Counted from the first letter of the stretch, positions 49,169-58,772 are shown. The stretch: 64,000 nucleotides of DNA from Candidatus Campbellbacteria bacterium (GCA_007125155.1 SLDR01000010.1:24490-88489); one strand, 5' to 3'. The notes: generated from the letters alone by a model not told the origin. Program-made: numbers and translations.

Positions 49169-51256
49169 ATGTACTCGAAAATAAAAAAAAGGAACGGAGG
49201 CACAGTGAGCTTCGATGATGAAAAGATAGTCCGGGCGATAGCAAAAGCCGGCGAAGCAACCGGTGAATTCGATCTGAAAGAGGCGCGTAAGTTAACAAAA
49301 AAGGTTCTTGAGGCTTCAAAAAACAGCATCAAGAATAAGATCCCCAAAGTTGAAGAGATCCAAGACGTTGTTGAAGATGTTCTTCTTAATTCAAAGTACA
49401 AAAAGACGGCCAAGGCATACATCCTATACAGAGACCAACATAGACTGCTGAGGGATATGACCAACTCCGTCAACAACGGTTTGGTCGACAATTATCTTGT
49501 AAGATCAGATTGGAAGGTCAAGGAGAACAGTAATATGGCCTACTCTCTCCAGGGTCTGAATAACTATATATCAAGTGAGGTAAGCAAGAATTATTGGTTA
49601 AGCAGGATATATCCTGAGAATGTAAGAGATGCACACAATGAAGGAGATTTTCATATCCATGATCTCAGTATTCTTTCCGTCTATTGTGTGGGATGGGACC
49701 TTTTAGCGCTTTTAATGAACGGTTTCACCGGAGTCGAAGGCAAAGTGTCCAGTAAACCGCCGAAACACTTCAGAGCCGCTTTGGGACAGGTGACCAATTT
49801 CTTCTATACACTTCAAGGCGAGGCGGCCGGAGCCCAGGCTTTCAGCAACTTCGACACATTGCTCGCCCCTTTCATAAGATACGATGAGTTAAACTACAAA
49901 GAGGTGAAACAGGCCCTTCAAGAGTTCATTTTCAATGTTAACATTCCGACACGAGTCGGATTTCAAACCCCGTTCACCAACGTGACGTTGGATCTTTCGG
50001 TTCCCGATTATTATGCCGAACAATCGGTCATTATCGGCGGTAAACCCAAAAGGGAAAAATACAAGGATTTTCAGGAAGAAATGAATATCTTCAATAAGGC
50101 CCTATTGGAGGTAATGTCCGAAGGAGACGCCAGCGGAAGGGTCTTCACATTCCCGATCCCGACATACAACATCACAAGCGACTTCGACTGGAATAGTGAT
50201 ATTAGTCGGCTACTTTGGAAAGTGACCGCCAAATACGGGCTTCCATATTTCTCGAATTTTATAAATTCAGATATGAAACCGGAGGATGCGCGATCCATGT
50301 GCTGCCGTTTGCGGATAGACAATAGAGAACTTGAAACGAGAGGTGGAGGTCTGTTCGGAGCCAATCCGCTTACAGGTTCGATCGGGGTCGTAACAATTAA
50401 TCTTCCACGACTGGGATATATCTCGAAGAACAAAGAAGAATTCTTTGATAATCTGAAGAACTTGATGTACTTGGCAAAGGACAGCTTGGAGATAAAAAGA
50501 AAGATCTTGGAAAGGTTCACAGAGAATGATCTTTATCCCTATACCAAATTCTATCTTAAAGGGATCAAAGACCAGTACGGCAGTTATTGGAAGAACCACT
50601 TCTCCACTATCGGTATAGCGGGAATGAATGAGGCCGTCCAAAACCTTTACGGGAAGAACATCGCCACTCCGGAAGGTCAGGAGTTCTCAAAAGAGGTTCT
50701 TGAACTAATGAGAGAGGAAATGGTGAAATTCCGAGATGAGACCGGAAACAACTACAATTTGGAAGCAACACCGGCGGAAGGTACCCTTTTCAGACTTGCG
50801 ATCCTCGACCAGAAAAAACATCGAGATCCCATCTTTGCCAACGGAAGAGGAAAGAATGTGAAAAGCCCTTTCTATACAAATTCCACCCATCTACCGGTCA
50901 ATTATACGGATGACGTATTCGAAATGCTTGATCTTCAGGATGATCTTCAAACGAAGTACACCGGAGGAACGGTGGCTCATTTGTTCTTCGGCGAAAAGAT
51001 AGAAGATGGGAATTCAGTCAAAAATTTGGTCAAAAAGATCTGCGAAAATTACAGAATGCCATACTTCACGATAAGCCCTACATTCAGCGTATGTCCCGAC
51101 CATGGATACATTCCCGGAGAGGTTCCCGTCTGTGACAAATGTAAAGGCAAATGCGAGGTCTATTCGAGGATCGTGGGTTACTTGCGACCTGTAAATCAAT
51201 GGAATGACGGAAAGAGATCCGAGTTCGTAATTCGAAAGACATATAAAAATCAATAA
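49169..51256 (+). CDS. nrdD: Anaerobic (class III) ribonucleoside-triphosphate reductase
   Basis: ATP cone, SMCCRL, EATPAEG, CxxH...CxxC and the glycyl-radical motif RIVGYLRPV. Confidence 0.97.
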   Translation: MYSKIKKRNGGTVSFDDEKIVRAIAKAGEATGEFDLKEARKLTKKVLEASKNSIKNKIPKVEEIQDVVEDVLLNSKYKKTAKAYILYRDQHRLLRDMTNSVNNGLVDNYLVRSDWKVKENSNMAYSLQGLNNYISSEVSKNYWLSRIYPENVRDAHNEGDFHIHDLSILSVYCVGWDLLALLMNGFTGVEGKVSSKPPKHFRAALGQVTNFFYTLQGEAAGAQAFSNFDTLLAPFIRYDELNYKEVKQALQEFIFNVNIPTRVGFQTPFTNVTLDLSVPDYYAEQSVIIGGKPKREKYKDFQEEMNIFNKALLEVMSEGDASGRVFTFPIPTYNITSDFDWNSDISRLLWKVTAKYGLPYFSNFINSDMKPEDARSMCCRLRIDNRELETRGGGLFGANPLTGSIGVVTINLPRLGYISKNKEEFFDNLKNLMYLAKDSLEIKRKILERFTENDLYPYTKFYLKGIKDQYGSYWKNHFSTIGIAGMNEAVQNLYGKNIATPEGQEFSKEVLELMREEMVKFRDETGNNYNLEATPAEGTLFRLAILDQKKHRDPIFANGRGKNVKSPFYTNSTHLPVNYTDDVFEMLDLQDDLQTKYTGGTVAHLFFGEKIEDGNSVKNLVKKICENYRMPYFTISPTFSVCPDHGYIPGEVPVCDKCKGKCEVYSRIVGYLRPVNQWNDGKRSEFVIRKTYKNQ

Positions 51257-51259
51257 ATA

Positions 51260-51952
51260 TTGATGATAATAGGCGGATTCCAAAGGTTCTCGTTAATTGA
51301 TTACCCCGGGAAAACTTGTGCCGTGATATTTACCCGAGGATGTGGATTTCGTTGCAAATATTGCCACAATCCGGAACTTGTAATACCGGAAAAATATTCA
51401 GCAAAGATCGGACTCGAATCGATAATGACTTTTCTGGAAGGCCGTCGCAATAAGCTTGATGCGGTGACCATCTCCGGGGGAGAGCCGACCGACCAAATAG
51501 ATATCGAACCGGTGATCGGTGATCTTAAAAGAATGGAGTTTTTGATCAAACTCGACACCAACGGTACGCGTCCCGAAGTGCTGAAGAGTTTGATAGAGAT
51601 GGAAATGATCGATTACGTCGCAATGGATGTAAAGGGGCCTTTCGAAAAGTACGAGGACATAACCGGATGTTACGTGGATACGGAAAAGATAAAGGAAAGT
51701 ATCGATATCGTGCTGAATTCGGGTGTAGATCACGAATTCAGAACAACCGTGGCATCCGAGATCCTTAGTGAAGAAGACCTCCTGAAGATAGCCATGATGA
51801 TCACCGGAGCAAAACGTTATTATCTTCAGACATTCACATCTTCAAAGATGATATGTACAGAACCCTCCGCACTCTCACCTCTCCCGATTAAAGATATGCA
51901 AAGTTGCGCCCGTAAAATCAGGGGGTATGTTAAGGATTGCCGGGTTAGATGA
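51260..51952 (+). CDS. nrdG: Anaerobic RNR activating protein (radical SAM)
   Basis: CGFRCKYCHN, SGGEPT and KLDTNG motifs. Confidence 0.95.
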   Translation: MMIIGGFQRFSLIDYPGKTCAVIFTRGCGFRCKYCHNPELVIPEKYSAKIGLESIMTFLEGRRNKLDAVTISGGEPTDQIDIEPVIGDLKRMEFLIKLDTNGTRPEVLKSLIEMEMIDYVAMDVKGPFEKYEDITGCYVDTEKIKESIDIVLNSGVDHEFRTTVASEILSEEDLLKIAMMITGAKRYYLQTFTSSKMICTEPSALSPLPIKDMQSCARKIRGYVKDCRVR

Positions 51953-51987
51953 ATTACGGTCGGAGATATCGATCGAAAGAATACGAC

Positions 51988-52365
51988 CTATCTGTCAGAC
52001 CACAGACCATGTACGTTGCAATACTCTCTCGCAGTAACACTCTCACCTTTGATACTGAACTCGGCTTCCGGTGCATCGCCCGGTTTTAGGAACTTTCGGC
52101 AGTATTTTCCGTCCACTATGACCTCTATCCACTCTATGTAATGCTCCTCTGTCATGGGATGGGGGTCGGAGCCGACCTTTACCTTGACCCCATTCTCCGT
52201 CGTCTCTATGACCGGAACATGTTTTTCCAGTCCTTCATCTTTGGTCTTCTCTTCCTTCAATTCCATTGGTTGACCGCAACATACGAGTTCTCCGAAACCT
52301 GTATGCAGAAGCTCGACAATGTTGCCGCACACGTTACATTTATATATCTGTTTAAGTTTTGTCAT
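51988..52365 (-). CDS. dfx: Desulfoferrodoxin (superoxide reductase)
   Basis: CNVCGN...[17 protein letters not shown] and CNVHGLW motifs. Confidence 0.96.
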   Translation of the reverse strand: MTKLKQIYKCNVCGNIVELLHTGFGELVCCGQPMELKEEKTKDEGLEKHVPVIETTENGVKVKVGSDPHPMTEEHYIEWIEVIVDGKYCRKFLKPGDAPEAEFSIKGESVTAREYCNVHGLWSDR

Positions 52366-52475
52366 ATTTAATTTTTAATAAATTAATAAAGATCTTTCAC
52401 CTGTGATGGAATCCCGATGTTCCCATTCTTCCGTTAGATTTGTTTACCTTGAGCTGACGCCTCCCGCCGATCTCG

Positions 52476-52676
52476 TCACCCGCAAGCTCTCCGGTCTTGA
52501 TTGAACTTTTCGATCGAACGTTCATAAGTCGCCTCGGCTTGAGGTGAAAAGTAGCAGGCGGGCAACTCGCCCCTTCCCTTGTGATACTCCAGACATTTGC
52601 AACATATCCCCTTTCTTGGGCAACCTGAGTATGTGCAGTTGCATTTTTCTATGTTCTCCTCTCTTTTGCACTCCAT
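52476..52676 (-). CDS. Small Cys-rich protein (DUF6485-like)
   Basis: MECKREENIEKCNCTYSGCPRKGICCKCLEYH...LPACYF; start moved to ATG 52676. Confidence 0.8.
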   Translation of the reverse strand: MECKREENIEKCNCTYSGCPRKGICCKCLEYHKGRGELPACYFSPQAEATYERSIEKFNQDRRACG

Positions 52677-52785
52677 TGTGATAATTTTAACACACTTTAA
52701 CGGACCAAATCCAAGTATTGACCCGGAAGACGATATGTGCAATAAATTAAATACAAGACTGAACCTTAAAAAAAGGAGTAGTACA

Positions 52786-53100
52786 ATGGAACAGAGATCC
52801 ATCCTTTTCTGGATAGAACCCGTTGAGGCGACCGAAGAGATCGACCCCGAACACTGTGACGAATGTGGTGAGATATGTGTAGGTACCGGCCATCTGAAAA
52901 TATGTGCACTGGTTGAGGGAGATGATCCCGATAACTGCATCTATTATCAAATATGTAGAACATGCAAAAGCTCATTTCTGAGTGAAGGTGGGGCTCAAAG
53001 TCATCATCCATCGGAGGAGAGATTCGTTGAAGCGGAGATATTTGCCGATTCCGGAATATTAGGTATTTTCGCAGAGAATCGATCCAAATACTTCAACTGA
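52786..53100 (+). CDS. Hypothetical protein with two CxxC pairs
   Basis: AAGGAG RBS before ATG 52786; CDEC...CRTC; TTGACC promoter; terminator near 53122-53148. Confidence 0.7.
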   Translation: MEQRSILFWIEPVEATEEIDPEHCDECGEICVGTGHLKICALVEGDDPDNCIYYQICRTCKSSFLSEGGAQSHHPSEERFVEAEIFADSGILGIFAENRSKYFN

Positions 53101-53214
53101 AACTGATCTTTTTTACTATTGAAGAGCCGGCCGAGTCGGCTCTTTTTTATAGGCATAATGGTGTTGACCGAGTAAGGTTGAAAATGAAACAATATAATAT
53201 TACTAACATTCCAT

Positions 53215-53535
53215 ATGGGAAACAAAAGAACATTTGCGGGAGGAAAGTTCACCCGACGCCACACATCCGCCATACCGGCGTCGGTCGGTCTTTTGAAGAT
53301 GCTCCATGATAGGTCGGAAGTTAAAAAGATATCCCTGGGTATCATAAAGGCCGGCAAACCGTCCGGCGGAAAGATGCATGTAAAACTCAAACTACGCTGT
53401 GGAGGTTTTTTAATGACCGTAAGGGGAAACAACAGCATTCAGGAGATGGGAGTTTACACAGATGATGCAAAAAAGACATTGGAAGCGATAAGTAATGAAA
53501 CATTGAAACAAGGAATGGATGTTCATATAGACTAA
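53215..53535 (+). CDS. DUF2103-like protein
   Basis: HTSAI, KKISLGII and VRGNNSIQE motifs; hairpin at 53551-53573. Confidence 0.75.
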   Translation: MGNKRTFAGGKFTRRHTSAIPASVGLLKMLHDRSEVKKISLGIIKAGKPSGGKMHVKLKLRCGGFLMTVRGNNSIQEMGVYTDDAKKTLEAISNETLKQGMDVHID

Positions 53536-53605
53536 TTCTTATGAAAAATATCCCGGCAGTTCCACTGCCGGGGTTATTATTTAAAAAAATAAGGAGATCT
53601 CGGAC

Positions 53606-54382
53606 TTAAAGACAGACTTCCGTCCCGACCTTATTGCCCTCAATGAAATCGATTATCACTCGATCGTTCATCCCGGCTATGGCGACTTTTTTTACTCCTC
53701 CTTCAAGACACATGATGGCCTCTCTTCTTTTGACCTTCATTCCGCCGGTTCCTTCTCTTGAGCATCCGGTCACGTCGGGTTTTAGGAGGCCGTTTATCTT
53801 TTTCAAGATCTTGGCATTTGAATTTTTTAGCGGATCACTGTCATATATGCCCCCAACCTCGGTTATAAAGAGAACACCGTCTGCGTCTATAAGTATGGCT
53901 ATCATTCTTGCAAGCTGATCGTTCTCGCTTATTCCTTTCTCCATCATTTTTATCTCCTCGTCGGATACTCTGTCGTTCTCGTTGATGACCGGCACAAAAG
54001 GCGTTCCGAAGCAATCAATAATTCCCTTTCGGATATTTTCTCTTTCATTACCATCGGTCCAATTTGCGAAAGTCACCAATGTTTCGCACACTTCCATACC
54101 GAATTTATTAAGGGAATCTCCCCAACTGTTCATAAGGTGTCTGCTACCGATTCCGGCAATGTCTTTTTTATTGAACTTCCGTGAGAATGAATGATCGAGA
54201 CCAAGTCGAGTGATCGTTTCCCTACCCGCTTGAATGGCACCCGAGGATACTATGGCTATGCCTACCCCGGCACTGCTGGCTTCGGCGACCTGTTTGGCGA
54301 CAGATTGGAATATATCAGGGTCCAGTTTGCCACTCTTTGACATTAATGTTCGTGTACCGAATTTTACGACAAATTTTTTCAT
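53606..54382 (-). CDS. proB: Glutamate 5-kinase without a PUA domain
   Basis: VVKFGT, VSSGAI, PVINEND, NDQLA and GTGGMKVK motifs; AGGAGG RBS before ATG 54382. Confidence 0.85.
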   Translation of the reverse strand: MKKFVVKFGTRTLMSKSGKLDPDIFQSVAKQVAEASSAGVGIAIVSSGAIQAGRETITRLGLDHSFSRKFNKKDIAGIGSRHLMNSWGDSLNKFGMEVCETLVTFANWTDGNERENIRKGIIDCFGTPFVPVINENDRVSDEEIKMMEKGISENDQLARMIAILIDADGVLFITEVGGIYDSDPLKNSNAKILKKINGLLKPDVTGCSREGTGGMKVKRREAIMCLEGGVKKVAIAGMNDRVIIDFIEGNKVGTEVCL

Positions 54383-54427
54383 ATATTCTCCTCCTTCTTC
54401 ATCATACACTCCTGAAGCTTCAAGGGT

Positions 54428-55180
54428 TTATATATATTCTTTCAAAAATATAGATTCGTTCCCCTTAAAAGGTATCGACTTGGATCCTCTCTTACACAAA
54501 GGGCAGGTCTTCGAGCTCCATTTTTTTATTTCCAACTCTATCAAAGCTGTCAATTTCATGCCGTTATGCTCCTCGAACGGCAGTTTGGAGGGACAATGCA
54601 CCAGAGCTCCTACAAAAGGCAACCATTTTGCTCTGAAGGGGTTATCTCGTTTTACCGTGCGTCTCGCAAGGTTTAAATTTCGGCCGTTACCGACGACGCC
54701 TTCTATCTGCAATACAGTTTCTCCGGACCCTATGACCCACCTGTCCCATTTCATACCGGTATCGCTTTCACGGTCCTTTTCCGTAAAGCCGACCCTGGCG
54801 TTTATGAGCCGCGCCAGATCACCGGCAAACATTATTTCCTTTTCGGAAGAACAGATAACCCAGTCCACTTTTGTGTGCAGATAAATAAAGAGATCCTCCA
54901 GGCAAAACAGAAGCTGGCAGGCCAAGAACTCAGATATCAAAGGCCTGTTAAGGACTTTAAGACAATCTACGTAACCGTCACTGCAACACACTTCCCCGCC
55001 AAGATCGACGTGAGGTTTATTCGGATCGCCGTCATGGGACCAGATCGCATGGTTTTCCTTGAAAAGATCCATGAAACTCGACATTTCGATCTTTGAGTCT
55101 TTGGTAAAGAAACTCCTGCAATTGACACTGTACCTCCTGACATAGCTCTCAACGATCTCCGTAAAACTTGATGTGCTCAT
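54428..55180 (-). CDS. Divergent type I phosphoribosyltransferase (OPRTase-like)
   Basis: H...G...SDGYVDC, GFTEK, a degenerate PRPP loop VLQIEGVVGNG and C-terminal W...CPLC; AAGGAG RBS before ATG 55180. Confidence 0.7.
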   Translation of the reverse strand: MSTSSFTEIVESYVRRYSVNCRSFFTKDSKIEMSSFMDLFKENHAIWSHDGDPNKPHVDLGGEVCCSDGYVDCLKVLNRPLISEFLACQLLFCLEDLFIYLHTKVDWVICSSEKEIMFAGDLARLINARVGFTEKDRESDTGMKWDRWVIGSGETVLQIEGVVGNGRNLNLARRTVKRDNPFRAKWLPFVGALVHCPSKLPFEEHNGMKLTALIELEIKKWSSKTCPLCKRGSKSIPFKGNESIFLKEYI

Positions 55181-55200
55181 TTTAGATACTCCTTGTTTTT

Positions 55201-55212
55201 TGTTCAAAGAAC
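55201..55212 (-). promoter_or_regulatory. boxA-like element GTTCTTTGAACA
   Basis: Between a TTGACC-17-TACACT promoter and the RBS of the PRTase-proB unit. Confidence 0.6.
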
Positions 55213-55331
55213 TTTCAGTGGGACCTTATATGTATTCTAGCCGGAAGTGTATACCAAAAAAAAATTCGGGTCAAAACCCGCTCTTTTGTCCGGAGAATGA
55301 TCGGCTTAAGTTTGTGCTCTCTTTATCTGGA

Positions 55332-56099
55332 TCATTCAAGCCCTTTGGCCTCTAAGTCTTCGAATATATCGATTCTAACTGACGGAGATAAAGCCAAGGC
55401 TTTAATAGAACCTTCCGCCTCTTCGATGGTGTGAGGTACTTCTTCATTTTCGATGTTTCTTAAAACCTCTTTCATTTGTTCGACCTTAAGTGTTCCCAGC
55501 TTCAAGGTCCTGTCGGATATGAACCAATATTGCAGCTCAGGCTCAAGTCGGTCCACTCTGCCATTTACCCTCTCAAGAGACTCACAAAGAAGTTTCATCG
55601 AGACTTGATTGGTGAAATTTATCCGCTCCGACATCGACATCTCGTCAATGAGCTCCTCGGAGAATATGACTTGCATTGAATCAAGCTTTCTTTTCCTCCT
55701 TATTATGCCAAATGTAGGGCCTAGTATCGCGATCCCGACTATACCGATAACCGCATCCTTCGGTTCCTCTTGTCTTCCAGACCAAGTCCTTAAGACCTTA
55801 CGGGTCTCATCCTCGGGATAATGAAAGGCGAGTTCTCTTAACAGCCAGACCGCTCTCTCCCGCGCCATCTCCCTGCTTGCGGGCAACAGAGGATGATGAT
55901 ACGGATCTTCCGTGCTTGTCTTTACAGAGCATTCGGCTACCGCAGTTCCGGGTAGGTAAATGTCGATATAATATCTGAAAAAAGAGGAAAATTTATCATC
56001 GATCTTGCTATAAGCCATAAGCGCTTCGCCATTCATTTTCAAATGGCCGGAACCGGCGACAGCGGGCGCTTTTTTTTTGTTATGCAAGTGTTTTTTCAT
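55332..56099 (-). CDS. Hypothetical protein
   Basis: 255-aa ORF with no recognised motif. Confidence 0.7.
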   Translation of the reverse strand: MKKHLHNKKKAPAVAGSGHLKMNGEALMAYSKIDDKFSSFFRYYIDIYLPGTAVAECSVKTSTEDPYHHPLLPASREMARERAVWLLRELAFHYPEDETRKVLRTWSGRQEEPKDAVIGIVGIAILGPTFGIIRRKRKLDSMQVIFSEELIDEMSMSERINFTNQVSMKLLCESLERVNGRVDRLEPELQYWFISDRTLKLGTLKVEQMKEVLRNIENEEVPHTIEEAEGSIKALALSPSVRIDIFEDLEAKGLE

Positions 56100-56263
56100 G
56101 ATAAAAGGTCCATATTCAAACGCAGTATATCACTTTTGGACTTCGATGCAAAAATTTCAGATTTACCAAGTTTCAAGCGCAATAATAATACTTGAAGAAT
56201 CCACTGACCATAAAAAAAGAGACGGTCAAACGCCCGCCTCTTTACTCAGGTGGAAGCGATCCT

Positions 56264-56533
56264 TTAGCCTGATATCACAAGCTTTCTTGAAAGCATTTTA
56301 TCAGGCGTGATCAATCTCAAATACTCACCCTCAAGGGTTATTCGTGTCATTCTGAAAAGAATATCGGAAGACTTCGCTAATGTGACCGTTTTTCCGCATC
56401 CGGAGCATCTCATCGAGAACACTTTATTTTCGGATCTTATCGTTATCTCACCCTCGCACTCTTGATGGAAGGCCTTCAGGTCTTCGAATCTGGGTTTAGA
56501 TATACCTTCTCCATTCAATATTATTGTGAACAT
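56264..56533 (-). CDS. Small zinc-ribbon-like protein
   Basis: HQEC...CSGC; AGGAGG RBS; boxA-like GATCTTTAAAAC at 56552-56563. Confidence 0.75.
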   Translation of the reverse strand: MFTIILNGEGISKPRFEDLKAFHQECEGEITIRSENKVFSMRCSGCGKTVTLAKSSDILFRMTRITLEGEYLRLITPDKMLSRKLVISG

Positions 56534-56595
56534 ATTCCACCTCCTTTTTTTGTTTTAAAGATCCGTCTCTGACCTGCCTTAAATATTGCAACAGA

Positions 56596-57486
56596 TCAAT
56601 AAGATGTCAAAAAAGATTCTGAGGACAGATCACGCGAAACACCGAATATCATTATCATCAAGCATAGATCGTAAAGTTCTACCATCGCTTTCATAAAATC
56701 GTCATCGCCCGGAAGGCAGTCCGCCTCCAAAAAGAAATAATAGTCCCAGTCCCTCTCTTCATTAATACCGAGCGTCCTTGAATGCAGTTTTGTAAGATTT
56801 ATATCAAGGTCGGCGAAGACTGAAAGAATATCCCTAAGTATGCCGGGTCTGTCTTTAATGCTTATTATCATAAGAGTTTTACCCGGTCCGGGTATGTCCT
56901 TGAGGATGCCGTCTTCCGTATGGGCAAGTACATAAAACTCGGTGGCATTACCTTTTCTGTCTTCGATGTTCTCCGCCAGGATCTTAAGACCGTACTTTTC
57001 GGCCGTTTCCTTTTGGCCTATGTATGCGATCGATGTATCCTTTGCGAACTTCGAAATGCCGAAGGTGGAACTGTTCTGGGCCTCTCTCTCGGCGCTCGGA
57101 TAGTTCAGGTTGAGCCATTTTCTGCACTGAGTCAGGACCTGAGGATGCGACCTTATCTTTTTGATCGTGCCGGGATCATCAGTATAAGAAAGAAGGTTAT
57201 GATTGATCTTAAGTTTGCATGAACCGATGACCGTAATGGGGTACTCCAAGATGGAATCCAATGTTTCCAGTACAAGTCCGCCGACGTAGTTCTCAATTGG
57301 AACCACTCCGAATTTCGCACTCCCGGAGCAAACTTCATCGAAGACATGCTCAATGGTCGGGGTGAATATGAATTCCGAAGAGTCAGTGAACATCTTCTCC
57401 GCAACCGTATGAGAGAATGTTCCTTTCGGGCCCAATACCGCCACGATATTCCGATCTTTGAGTTTGTTGCCCATTTTAGAGATCAT
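56596..57486 (-). CDS. pheA: Prephenate dehydratase with an ACT domain
   Basis: LGPKGTFS, GVVPIEN, SHPQVLTQC, DRPGIL and INLTKLHSR motifs. Confidence 0.92.
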   Translation of the reverse strand: MISKMGNKLKDRNIVAVLGPKGTFSHTVAEKMFTDSSEFIFTPTIEHVFDEVCSGSAKFGVVPIENYVGGLVLETLDSILEYPITVIGSCKLKINHNLLSYTDDPGTIKKIRSHPQVLTQCRKWLNLNYPSAEREAQNSSTFGISKFAKDTSIAYIGQKETAEKYGLKILAENIEDRKGNATEFYVLAHTEDGILKDIPGPGKTLMIISIKDRPGILRDILSVFADLDINLTKLHSRTLGINEERDWDYYFFLEADCLPGDDDFMKAMVELYDLCLMIMIFGVSRDLSSESFLTSY

Positions 57487-58382
57487 TTCACGAAATCGAG
57501 CCAGTGTTTGTAAGCCGGCAGCCTTCCGGAAACGGTTGCTTTATAAGCGTCCCTCACTTTCTCGGTCTTGGGGCCCTCTCCGCCCTCTCCAAAAATATGA
57601 CCGTCTATTTTACTTATGGAATTCACCTCGGTCGCCGTCCCTACGAAGAACGCCTCATCATAACCTTCAATATCTTCAGGTTTTATGTCCGTCTCCTCCA
57701 CCTTAAAGCCCATATTATTGATAATGAAGATAATGCTATCACGGGTTATGCCCGGAAATATCTTACCCTCCCTTGGAGTATGGAAGACATCATCCTTTAT
57801 AAAAAAAATATTCTCCCCCGGTCCTTCGGCGATACATCCTTCATGATCAAGAAACAGAGCCTCGTCATAACCCGACGCCCGAGCTTCCAGAGAAGCCATT
57901 ATCGAGTTGGAGTAGTGACCCGAGACCTTGGCGCTGAGAACAGCGGAATCGGGGTGTATCCTCTTAAAAGAGGATACTCTTACCGACACAGATTCTTTCT
58001 TGAAGTATTTATCCCATTCCCAAGCTATTATTGCAAAATGTAGTGACGCATCCGTAGGTAAGAGTCCCATTTTGTCTCCATAAAAAATGATGGGTCTGAT
58101 GTAGCATTCCTTGAGTTCATTATGTTTTACGACTTCAATAACTGCAGAAATTATATCCTCTCTTGAATAAGGTATATCCATCCCCACCACAGATGATGAG
58201 TTGAAAAGCCTGCCGATGTGATCTTTTAGCCTGAATATCGCCGGACCGTCTTCTGTCTTGTAACAGCGGATCCCTTCGAAGACGGCGGATCCGTAGTGAA
58301 GGCTGTGGCTCAAGATGGAAACCCCGGACTTCTCGTAAGGAACAATATCACCGTTCAACCAAATAAATTTTATGTCATTCAT
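57483..58382 (-). CDS. ilvE: Branched-chain amino acid aminotransferase
   Basis: HSLHYGSAVFEGIR, AKVSGHY, EGPGEN, GITR and GTATE motifs. Confidence 0.95.
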   Translation of the reverse strand: MNDIKFIWLNGDIVPYEKSGVSILSHSLHYGSAVFEGIRCYKTEDGPAIFRLKDHIGRLFNSSSVVGMDIPYSREDIISAVIEVVKHNELKECYIRPIIFYGDKMGLLPTDASLHFAIIAWEWDKYFKKESVSVRVSSFKRIHPDSAVLSAKVSGHYSNSIMASLEARASGYDEALFLDHEGCIAEGPGENIFFIKDDVFHTPREGKIFPGITRDSIIFIINNMGFKVEETDIKPEDIEGYDEAFFVGTATEVNSISKIDGHIFGEGGEGPKTEKVRDAYKATVSGRLPAYKHWLDFVK

Positions 58383-58520
58383 ATCTTATTTCGTTATGAA
58401 CTAACTGATTCATTCTATTAGGACACGGCCGTTAAGTCCATAGGGGTTTACAATGAACAAATATTGTACTATTGTTAAATACGTGACTGTCCTCTAAAAT
58501 TTAATAAGGAGGTTCTTGAA

Positions 58521-58772
58521 ATGAAAATATTGGAAGAAGCCCTCAAAATGGGAAATTACCAAATATTCGAAACCGAGGCCAAGGGGTCATGTCAGATGAA
58601 TTGCGGTAATTTGGGATCATGGGATGTATTTTTCAGTGTCAGGGTGTTTCCCGGCTGTAGTTATGGTCTGTTATCCTTTTGCCGGGGATGTCTTGTCCAT
58701 TTGATAGACAAGGCCCGTGAAGCACAAAGATTCGATTTTTATAAACCGGGTCCCAAAACCACCTTCCATTGA
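58521..58772 (+). CDS. Small Cys-rich hypothetical protein
   Basis: TTTACA-17-TATTGT promoter, AGGAGG RBS, CQMNC...CRGC, terminator at 58789-58820. Confidence 0.75.
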   Translation: MKILEEALKMGNYQIFETEAKGSCQMNCGNLGSWDVFFSVRVFPGCSYGLLSFCRGCLVHLIDKAREAQRFDFYKPGPKTTFH

